NCBI GenBank assembly: GCA_963664705.1
Contig: OY761556.1
Coordinates: forward strand, 2,336,001 to 2,400,000
DNA: 64,000 nucleotides
Reading direction: 5' to 3'
DNA from: Acidobacteriota bacterium
GTDB taxonomy: Bacteria; Acidobacteriota; UBA6911
Part shown: one piece after another, positions 56,330-64,000 of the stretch
Layout of the letters: each line of letters begins with the position of its first letter
How positions within the stretch are numbered: position 1 is the stretch's first letter
Position numbers and translations under genes: made by a program
The notes under the pieces: generated by a model
The model's database searches: none
Seen by the model: only the letters and a program-made list of their open reading frames with translations
What the model was told of the DNA's origin: nothing

Positions 56330-56761
56330 CTACAGGGCCAACGGTTCCGGCCGCTGAGCTTGGTGCGGATGCTGGGAGCCCTGATACACCTTCAATTTCT
56401 TTCTCATGGCTCTGCCCAGCTTTGTTTTCGGAAGCATTCCAATTACCGCTTCCCGCACCAGTTTCCCTGGATCCTTTGAAAGCAGAACTCCTGCCGTTGT
56501 TTCCTTCAACCCCCCGGGGTAACCCGTATGGTGACGATATTTTTTATCCGTCAATTTCTTGCCGGTAAGCTTCACTTTGCCAGCATTTATAATGATGACA
56601 TGATCACCGGTGTCAAGAAAGGGGGTATAAATCGGCTTGTCCTTGCCCGTTATAAGGCGTGCCGCTCGGGTAGCAAGTCTCCCCAAGATTTGCCCCTCAG
56701 CGTCAATAACGTGCCAATTCTTCTGAATATCCTTCTCACGGGGGATAAAACTCTTCATCAC
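56330..56761 (-). CDS. rplM: 50S protein L13
   Basis: WHVIDA..LGRLA, HTGYPGG. Confidence 0.98.
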   Translation of the reverse strand: MMKSFIPREKDIQKNWHVIDAEGQILGRLATRAARLITGKDKPIYTPFLDTGDHVIIINAGKVKLTGKKLTDKKYRHHTGYPGGLKETTAGVLLSKDPGKLVREAVIGMLPKTKLGRAMRKKLKVYQGSQHPHQAQRPEPLAL

Positions 56762-56799
56762 TTTCTCCCTCAGTTAACTACTAAGCAGAACAATCCTTT

Positions 56800-56828
56800 A
56801 GGCTATCCAAGACGTGCGGATGTGTCAA
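56800..56828 (-). promoter_or_regulatory. sigma70 promoter of rplM operon
   Basis: TTGACA-N17-TAGCCT. Confidence 0.8.
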
Positions 56829-57485
56829 GAAAGAATTGAGAAAATGAATACAAAACTTCCCTTCCGGAGCATTTGGAAGCCTGATTTTCCTCCACCCCGG
56901 CACGGTCGAACCTTCAGGAATCGCCTATGATACACGAAATTACAGAAAAACGGTAGTGGTTGTTGCAGCATCCGCAGGAATATTTCCGATCCGGCTGCCT
57001 TCGGGGATCTCCCCCGCCGCTCGCAAAAAAAATGGAAATTCAACCCCACTTTATTCAAATGATCGCACGCACCCCATTTTCCGTTCCTGAAACTAATCGA
57101 CCATGTTGCTCGGGGAATTTGAGAAATTACCGCTTTTTAAGATTGCCAGGCAAATTCCACAAATATCCGGAGCGTTTTTCTGAAATAAACCGTCTCCCTA
57201 CGAAACACTCCTATTAAAGGATGCGTTCACCCCAACCTTCCTTTCTTTACATGTCAACCAGCATGGAAATACCGCTATGTGCCCGGAAACCTTCGTATTC
57301 GTGATCTTTGTCACCAGTTCATTTGAGAAAAAACGCAACAGGTTGGAGGGTCGGAACGATAAGACTAGCAGGAAGATTGCTCCGGCGGGGCAATTCCTGA
57401 GGAAAACTATGAAGCTCACAAGAAACATTGTCAGGCATTCTCCTCAAAGCCCTTCGCACAAAATTCCATTGCGCGGCACACAATT

Positions 57486-58547
57486 ATGATAAGTGTCCTA
57501 AATAGAAATAAGCAGGCAGTTGCACTAGATATTGGCTCCAGCGCGGTGAAGTCCGCAGAACTCCGCCCGATTCGCGGAGGGGGCTTCGAACTGGTCAGCC
57601 TCGGCATGGAAGAACTTTCGCCCGATTGCGTTGTGGACGGCGTGATCATATCCAAATTACCTGTCTCCGACGCCATCAGCCGAATCTTCGACCAGCAAGG
57701 CATCAAGAATAACCGGATCAACACTTCAATCTCCGGGCATTCTGTCATCGTCAAAAAGATCGCACTTCCGGTCCAATCCGACGAAGACCTGGCCGAATCC
57801 ATTCGCTGGGAAGCGGAACAATACATTCCCTTCGATATTGCCGATGTAAATCTCGACTACCAGGTGCTGGGCGAAAATGCAGGCACCGGGAACCTCGACA
57901 TTCTGCTTGTGGCCGTAAAGAAGGACAAGATTACGGACTACACCAGCGTCATCAAAATGGCTGGAAAAACTCCAGTCCTCGTGGATGTCGATGCATTTGC
58001 ATTGCAGAATGCATACGAGGCCAACTATCAGCCCTCAAGCAGAAACACTGTCGCACTCCTGGACATCGGAGCCTCCACAATGACCATTAATATTGTGTGC
58101 GGCACCGATTTTCTTTTCACCCGGGATGTGAGCGTCGGCGGACATCAGTATACGGAATTCATCCAGAAGGAATTCAACCTGAATTATGCCCAAGCCCAGA
58201 GCTTGAAGCACGGCGAACCGGTGGAAAACATCGATCCGGCCGAAGCTCAACATGTCATCGAATCGGTGACCGAGATCATCTGTATGGAAATACAGAAGAC
58301 CTATGATTTCTTCAAAACCACGACGACGGTGGACCACATCGATCGCATGATCGTCAGTGGCGGGGCGGCGCATACTCCGGGACTCATCGAAGCGCTGACA
58401 AAGAAATTCGAAATCCCGGCGGAAAAATTCGATTCCTTCAAAAAAATCAAATTCGATCCGAAACGATTCCCAGCCTCAATGATCGCCGACCGCGCACCCG
58501 ATTTTGCGATCGCGATCGGTTTGGCACTTCGGAGTGCCGAGGAATAG
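57486..58547 (+). CDS. pilM: type IV pilus assembly PilM
   Basis: LDIGSSAVK, WEAEQYIPF, AIGLALR. Confidence 0.96.
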   Translation: MISVLNRNKQAVALDIGSSAVKSAELRPIRGGGFELVSLGMEELSPDCVVDGVIISKLPVSDAISRIFDQQGIKNNRINTSISGHSVIVKKIALPVQSDEDLAESIRWEAEQYIPFDIADVNLDYQVLGENAGTGNLDILLVAVKKDKITDYTSVIKMAGKTPVLVDVDAFALQNAYEANYQPSSRNTVALLDIGASTMTINIVCGTDFLFTRDVSVGGHQYTEFIQKEFNLNYAQAQSLKHGEPVENIDPAEAQHVIESVTEIICMEIQKTYDFFKTTTTVDHIDRMIVSGGAAHTPGLIEALTKKFEIPAEKFDSFKKIKFDPKRFPASMIADRAPDFAIAIGLALRSAEE

Positions 58548-58554
58548 AGCGGCT

Positions 58555-59118
58555 ATGATCAAAGTCAACCTGCTGAAAGATCAAGCTACCCGCACGCGAA
58601 AGAGTCTTGCAGGACCTAACGTGTCACGGGTAGGGTTGATATTCCTTGCGATTGCTGTGCTGGCTGTGGGCGTGATGGGCGCCTGGACATATTACATCGG
58701 CCAGCAGATCCAGACAGGAAAGGCACGGCGCGAGACCCTCCGGCGTGAGGAAGCGCGGCTGCAAGCCCTGAAAAAAGAGATCGCCCAGTTTGAAAAGCTC
58801 AAGCAATCACGCCAGAGCCGAATTGACGTTATTGAAAAGCTCAAGGCAAATCAGACCGGGCCAGTGCTTCTGCTGAACAAAATCATTCAAAGTATCCCGC
58901 GCGACGGAGCTCTCTGGCTTACCTCTCTGTCGCAAAAAACAGACACTGTCAAAATCGTCGGATTCACCCAACATCCGGGAGTAATTCCGGACTTTATGAG
59001 CAATCTTATGACCAGCGGGATTTTTCAAAGCGTCGATCTGGAGCTGATCGAAAACCAGAAAGACGCCTCCAAATTCTCGCTCATATGCATCGGCGGAAAG
59101 AAACCGCAGGCGGAGTAA
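58555..59118 (+). CDS. pilN: PilN
   Basis: IKVNLL motif, TM, coiled coil, WLTSL. Confidence 0.92.
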   Translation: MIKVNLLKDQATRTRKSLAGPNVSRVGLIFLAIAVLAVGVMGAWTYYIGQQIQTGKARRETLRREEARLQALKKEIAQFEKLKQSRQSRIDVIEKLKANQTGPVLLLNKIIQSIPRDGALWLTSLSQKTDTVKIVGFTQHPGVIPDFMSNLMTSGIFQSVDLELIENQKDASKFSLICIGGKKPQAE

Positions 59119-59122
59119 CGGA

Positions 59123-59767
59123 ATGGCCATTAAAGACTATCGTTTCGAAAACCTGCCCCGCTCGATTCAGATCGCCGTTGTTACGGTGCTCGTCCTTTGT
59201 ATAGCGGTTGCATATTACGTGTATTACCTCAAGGACAACATCGCACAGCGTGACGCGATCCAGGCTGACATCGCAAAATTGGAGGTTTCGGTAGCTCAAG
59301 GCACGGCAATTGAAGGCCGGCTTCGTCGTTTCAGACAGGAGCTGGCGCAACTTGAAGAACGGCTCGCCGTTCTTCAAAACATATTGCCCGCCGAGAAGGA
59401 AACTCCAATCGTGCTGAGAAGCGTGCAGCAGATGGCAGCATCGAGCAATCTCACAATCAATAGATTCGCACCGCAGCCTGTTATCCCCCGTGCCTTCTAT
59501 TCGGACTGGCCGATTCAGATCGAGGTGGAAGGAAGCTATGACGGCCTCGGCACCTTCTTCGAAAAGGTCAGTCAGGCAACAAGGATCATAAACGTGGATT
59601 CCATCTCAATCACAGGCATGGGTAAAGATCAGACTGCCGGGCACTCTCTCAACGCCAGCTACACGGCAACCACCTTCGTCTATAAAGAAGACAATGAGGC
59701 TTCCAGCCAGAAGCCGGAGCCGCAGCAGCCGAAGTCTAAAGGAAAGAGAGGAGGGACAAAACGTTGA
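59123..59767 (+). CDS. pilO: PilO
   Basis: TM, LP..KETP, GSY..LG.FF..V...RIINV. Confidence 0.92.
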   Translation: MAIKDYRFENLPRSIQIAVVTVLVLCIAVAYYVYYLKDNIAQRDAIQADIAKLEVSVAQGTAIEGRLRRFRQELAQLEERLAVLQNILPAEKETPIVLRSVQQMAASSNLTINRFAPQPVIPRAFYSDWPIQIEVEGSYDGLGTFFEKVSQATRIINVDSISITGMGKDQTAGHSLNASYTATTFVYKEDNEASSQKPEPQQPKSKGKRGGTKR

Positions 59768-60309
59768 TTGCCATATCTTCACTAAAGACCTTCGCTCTCA
59801 GGATACCAAATCACCGTTGTCTCAAGCCGGCTATTGCGGCACACCTTCTTGTTGCAGCAATTACCCTTTGCCCGCTGGTTGCACAGGAAGCAAAGCCTGC
59901 ATTGGCCAGTGCGGCACAGAAGCCTAAAGCGGTGGAATCGCCCTTGAAAGTCAGCGGAGTCCACTATGTCTCCGGAAACCGTCGCGATCCATTCCTGCAC
60001 CCGGCGCCGGTCAAAATAACGGTCAAGCCTGAGGACGAAGAAGTGTCTCGGGGCGTCCCACCGCCCGGCATCGCAGGCACCTTCATTGAACAGGCTGTTC
60101 TGCAAGGAACTTCCGTCCGGGACGACAGGAAAATGGCTATCGTTCGCGGTGCAGACACGCGTGCCTATTTTCTCAAAGAAGGGGACCGGCTGTTCGACGG
60201 ATATCTGAAAACAATCGGAAATGATTCCATAACTCTAGTTCGCGAAACAAAGATGCGATCAGGGAAAACTATAACCCAGGAAGTGACTAAGCGGCTAAGG
60301 ACACCATAG
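59764..60309 (+). CDS. pilP: PilP-like protein
   Basis: RRDPF motif, between pilO and pilQ. Confidence 0.8.
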   Translation: MIAISSLKTFALRIPNHRCLKPAIAAHLLVAAITLCPLVAQEAKPALASAAQKPKAVESPLKVSGVHYVSGNRRDPFLHPAPVKITVKPEDEEVSRGVPPPGIAGTFIEQAVLQGTSVRDDRKMAIVRGADTRAYFLKEGDRLFDGYLKTIGNDSITLVRETKMRSGKTITQEVTKRLRTP

Positions 60310-60310
60310 G

Positions 60311-62734
60311 ATGGCTGGTATGAAAATTCGATTTGCCAGAATAGGAAATCTTAAATCGATTGGTAGGAAGGGGGCCGCATTGGGAGCCCTTCTCTTTCTC
60401 CTGGCATTCGCTGCTTCTGCAAATATTCTTGCTGAAGAAACGCCGAACAGCACCAGGATAGCGCAACCACAATCCAATCCCGCATCGCTTCCCAAAGGCT
60501 CAACAGCAGGGAATGCAGCGAAAGAGGCTTCGGGGACGAAACCCTCCGAAACTCCCTCCGGGGCACTTACGGATCTGACGGTTACGCCTGAGGACGGTAA
60601 AGTCATCGTCACCGTCGCGACTGACAGGCTGATCACGCCGCAGGAGTTTCTTGTGGAAAATCCGGCCCGTCTCGTGCTCGATTTCCCCAATGCCCGGAAT
60701 AAGGTTACGTTTTCCCAATTACCGGTCAACGCCGGCTCGGTAAAGCGAATTCGGGTGCAGCAGTATCAGACAGCTCCTTCGCTCATCGCGCGTGTTGTGC
60801 TGGATCTTGAAGACGGATTCGGAACACACGAGGTGAATGCAGGAAAGGATTCGGTACGCCTTGTATTTTATAAGGGAAAGCCCAAGACGACTGCTCCTGC
60901 CCCTGCATCCGCAGCAGCGCCGACCGCAAAGCCGGCCGATCCCGTGAAGGCAAAGCCCGCGGTCACACCGGAACAGCCAGCAAGGAATTCCTTGATTCCG
61001 ACGGCATCCGCTGCCACCGTGGAAAAAGCCTCGACCAAGCCCTCAACCTTGCCGGCAAGCGATTCCAAACCGAAACAGACCGAGGCTAAGACTTCCCCAT
61101 TGGCGGTAACACCCGCCGCGGCTGCGGAGCCGGCTCCGGTACGGGTCGCTCCCGTGCGCGTCGAAGCGACAAAAACCGCAACTGTCAGGGAATCCAAACC
61201 TGTAGCCGCGGTCCCGGCGGTCTCGACACCAAGGCCGGCCGCAACGGCGACAGAGCAGAAAACAGCATCACCAAAAGCTGAGTTGACCCAGATGGCTGCC
61301 GTTGCAGGCCCCAGACCGGCAGCAGCACAGCCTCCTGCAGTGACACCATTGGTTGCCTCTCTGACGCCTGCCGCTATAGCCCGGCCAACAGCAGCTCCGT
61401 TTGGCAACTCTCGTTTTTCAGGGCAGCCCCTAACCCTGGATCTGATCGATATCCCCCTGGTCGATTTCTTCCGTTTGATGTCGGAGGAGGGCGGTATCAA
61501 CATCATCATGGATCCGGAGATCAAGGGCCGCGTTTCGATCAAAGTGGTCAAAGTGCCGTGGGACCAGATCTTCGACGCCGTGCTGACCAACAACTCTCTC
61601 GACAAACAGGTCGATGGAACGGTCGTGCGAATTGCCCGAAAGGCCACCCTGCAGGAAGAGGCCAAGCAGCAGGAATCCCTGAAAAAGGCAAACCTCCTCG
61701 CAGCGGATCTGGAAACACGCATCCGGCATCTGAACTATGCCAAGGCTAATTCGCTCATCAAAGCCCTGGAAGATCAGAAAACTGTACGCGGAACCATCGT
61801 GCTGGAAGAGCGCACCAATTCGTTGATTCTGACCGATCTCCCCAGCGCCATTACCCACATTATGGGACTGATCGATGCGCTGGATGTACCGCAACCGCAA
61901 GTGGAAATCGAAGCCCGCATTGTGTCCGCGACGCGCGATTTCGCCCGGGATATCGGAGTTCAGTTCGGTTTTGTGCAGGGTAACCTGCAGCGCGTTACCG
62001 TTGGCGGACCCAATACTTTTGGCACCATCGGCGGAACGCGGCCGAGTGCTACGCCCAGTTCCACCTATGCCGCCGGAAGCAGCACGGGCCGAGGCGCCTC
62101 GAATGACACGGCTTCCGAATCTGGTGCCGTCAGCACCGGAGCCACCGGAAACAATAAGGGCAATTACAACGTAAACCTTCCCTCGAGCTTGCCATACGGC
62201 GGACTCGGAATTTCGATAGGAAATATCTTCGATACATTCCTGCTGGATGCCGCCATTACGGCCGGCGAAAGCAAGGGTTTGGCAAAGCTGATCTCTCAGC
62301 CGAAGGTAACTGCGCAAAACAACAACCCGGCGGTTGTAACCCAGGGGTTGCGATTCCCGGTCCAGGTTGTTGCCAACAACACAATCGCGGTTCAGTTCCA
62401 GAATGCATCCTTGACCTTGACGGTGACGCCGCAGATCACATCCGAGGGCAATATTGTTCTGGATCTGAAGATCGAAAATAACACGCCTGATTTCGGAAAA
62501 CAGGTCAACGGCATTCCATCGATACGGACCAGCGAATCGACGACCAGGGTTCTGGTCAGCGACGGTGGCACCACTGTAATCGGCGGGATTCTGCTTGATG
62601 ACGAAGCCACAACGCAACAGAAGGTTCCCGGCCTGGGCGATCTGCCGCTTGTCGGGCATCTCTTCCGAAGAGACTCGGTATCCCGCAGCACTCAGGAAGT
62701 CCTGTTCTTCGTCACTCCGCGCGTGCTTAAGTAG
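60311..62734 (+). CDS. pilQ: secretin PilQ (AMIN + Pro/Ala linker + secretin)
   Basis: NPARLVLDF, VPWDQ, QVEIEARIV, KVPGLGDLPL.G.LF, FVTPRV. Confidence 0.96.
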   Translation: MAGMKIRFARIGNLKSIGRKGAALGALLFLLAFAASANILAEETPNSTRIAQPQSNPASLPKGSTAGNAAKEASGTKPSETPSGALTDLTVTPEDGKVIVTVATDRLITPQEFLVENPARLVLDFPNARNKVTFSQLPVNAGSVKRIRVQQYQTAPSLIARVVLDLEDGFGTHEVNAGKDSVRLVFYKGKPKTTAPAPASAAAPTAKPADPVKAKPAVTPEQPARNSLIPTASAATVEKASTKPSTLPASDSKPKQTEAKTSPLAVTPAAAAEPAPVRVAPVRVEATKTATVRESKPVAAVPAVSTPRPAATATEQKTASPKAELTQMAAVAGPRPAAAQPPAVTPLVASLTPAAIARPTAAPFGNSRFSGQPLTLDLIDIPLVDFFRLMSEEGGINIIMDPEIKGRVSIKVVKVPWDQIFDAVLTNNSLDKQVDGTVVRIARKATLQEEAKQQESLKKANLLAADLETRIRHLNYAKANSLIKALEDQKTVRGTIVLEERTNSLILTDLPSAITHIMGLIDALDVPQPQVEIEARIVSATRDFARDIGVQFGFVQGNLQRVTVGGPNTFGTIGGTRPSATPSSTYAAGSSTGRGASNDTASESGAVSTGATGNNKGNYNVNLPSSLPYGGLGISIGNIFDTFLLDAAITAGESKGLAKLISQPKVTAQNNNPAVVTQGLRFPVQVVANNTIAVQFQNASLTLTVTPQITSEGNIVLDLKIENNTPDFGKQVNGIPSIRTSESTTRVLVSDGGTTVIGGILLDDEATTQQKVPGLGDLPLVGHLFRRDSVSRSTQEVLFFVTPRVLK

Positions 62735-62742
62735 AAAATACC

Positions 62743-62780
62743 AGGGACAGGATGCAGGCCTTTGCATCCTGTCCCTTTTT
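62743..62780 (+). terminator. intrinsic terminator after pilQ
   Basis: AGGGACAGGATGCA-GGCCTT-TGCATCCTGTCCCT TTTT. Confidence 0.9.
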
Positions 62781-62821
62781 CCTCTCCACTTCCCTCCCAA
62801 TCCCCTTCGTTTTCTAGCATT

Positions 62822-62850
62822 TTGACAACCCCTACCAATGATGCTAACAT
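62822..62850 (+). promoter_or_regulatory. sigma70 promoter of accBC
   Basis: TTGACA-N17-TAACAT with TG extension. Confidence 0.8.
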
Positions 62851-62966
62851 CCTTCCCCTTGCGTATGCCGATTTGTTCCGGCGACTGATTTACTCGGCTT
62901 TCGAGAGACATGAACACGTTATTTCATGATCCCGGGTCGAGATGGAATCGAGATAAGGATGCACGC

Positions 62967-63449
62967 ATGAATATCAAGGAAGTAAAGGATCTCATCCACG
63001 AAGTTCTCCAAAGCGATATCAGCGAATTCGAACTGGAAAACACGGGCACCAGGATACGATTGAAGCGAGGATTCTCCAGAGAAGCGTCGCTTTCATTCAC
63101 CTCTACACGATCCGGCTCGGACATTCCCACCGTCACCGCTTCCAGCGATGCACGGCCCGCACCCATCACGCACACGGAAAGCCCGGAGGATTCCGGAGAC
63201 AGCGCTCTGCACATCATTACATCTCCTATCGTGGGCACGGTATACTGCTCGTCGGCTCCAGGAAGCGATCCTTTTGTCAAGCTGGGCGATCAGGTGAAGG
63301 AAAATACGGTTCTCTGCATCGTAGAAGCCATGAAGCTGATGAATGAAATCCCCTCCGACGTTGCGGGGGAGATTGTGCGCGTCTATATCGAGAATGGTAC
63401 CCCGGTTGAGTTCGGGCAAAAGCTCTTTGCAATCCGTCCCTCCAGATAA
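62967..63449 (+). CDS. accB: biotin carboxyl carrier protein
   Basis: SPIVG, EAMKLMNE. Confidence 0.96.
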   Translation: MNIKEVKDLIHEVLQSDISEFELENTGTRIRLKRGFSREASLSFTSTRSGSDIPTVTASSDARPAPITHTESPEDSGDSALHIITSPIVGTVYCSSAPGSDPFVKLGDQVKENTVLCIVEAMKLMNEIPSDVAGEIVRVYIENGTPVEFGQKLFAIRPSR

Positions 63450-63464
63450 GGCTGGTTCGCAGCG

Positions 63465-64000
63465 ATGTTCCGAAAAATCCTGATAGCAAACAGAGGCGAA
63501 ATTGCACTGCGCATCATTTGCGCCTGCAAGGAACTTGGTATCTCGACAGTTGCCGTCTACTCTCAACCCGATCAGCATTCGCTTCATGTTCGTTTCGCGG
63601 ATGAAGCCGTATGCATCGGGCCCGCTTCAAGCAGCGACAGCTATCTGAATATTCCCGCTGTCATCAGTGCCGCGGAGATCACCAACGCCGACGCCATCCA
63701 CCCTGGATATGGATTCCTTGCGGAAAGCGCCTACTTTGCGGAAGTGTGCGAAGCCTGCGGCATTACTTTCATCGGCCCATCGCCCGAAGTGATACGAATG
63801 ATGGGAGATAAGGACGCTGCCCGGAAGGCAATGAAAGAGGCTGGACTGCCGGTCGTCCCCGGAACCGACAAAATCCAGGGAGCTTCTCCCGAGATACTCG
63901 CGATTGCCCGCAAAATCGGTTTCCCCGTTATTGTAAAAGCAGCGGCGGGGGGCGGCGGCAAGGGAATGCGCATTGTAAATTCCGAAGAGGAGCTGGCGGG
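63465..64000 (+). CDS. accC: biotin carboxylase (truncated by window end)
   Basis: read by hand: [40 protein letters not shown]. Confidence 0.96.
   Translation, partial: MFRKILIANRGEIALRIICACKELGISTVAVYSQPDQHSLHVRFADEAVCIGPASSSDSYLNIPAVISAAEITNADAIHPGYGFLAESAYFAEVCEACGITFIGPSPEVIRMMGDKDAARKAMKEAGLPVVPGTDKIQGASPEILAIARKIGFPVIVKAAAGGGGKGMRIVNSEEELA

Noticed and set aside
61430-62917. 495-aa minus-strand ORF, and similar long antisense ORFs (43102-43968, 54681-55511, 60868-61722)
   Set aside because: Shadows of well-supported genes on the opposite strand; no recognisable motifs
1-64000. CRISPR arrays, tRNA/rRNA, transposases, prophage or defence genes
   Set aside because: None detected; nearly all coding space is explained by recognised families

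Overview
Bacterial chromosome segment. Gene order (rplM-rpsI-rpsB-tsf-pyrH-frr), short EF-Ts and PGNWRG-type EF-P suggest an Acidobacteriota-like diderm; this is inference. Positions 1-47.4 kb hold a near-complete flagellar cluster: filament, hook, rod, L/P rings, MS/C ring, export gate, FlhF/FlhG, FliA/FlgM, FliW/CsrA, Maf plus a glycosyltransferase, and a FleQ-like/FleSR-like sigma54 cascade. Six sigma54 and two sigma28 promoters are readable from the sequence. No motAB or che genes are present. A GAF-GGEEF diguanylate cyclase sits in the flgE-fliL slot, and an ATPase-less MshEN/PilB-N protein, an HDOD protein and a FipA/DUF2802-like protein follow fliMN. The most striking non-coding signal is a ~240-nt structured RNA between flgG and flgA. 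It has a 31-bp closing helix that buries the flgA ribosome-binding site and start codon, plus four CCCUUU repeats. The rest of the window is argH, speA, efp, dedA, translation genes, pilMNOPQ and accB-accC (truncated). No rRNA, tRNA, CRISPR array or IS element was seen.
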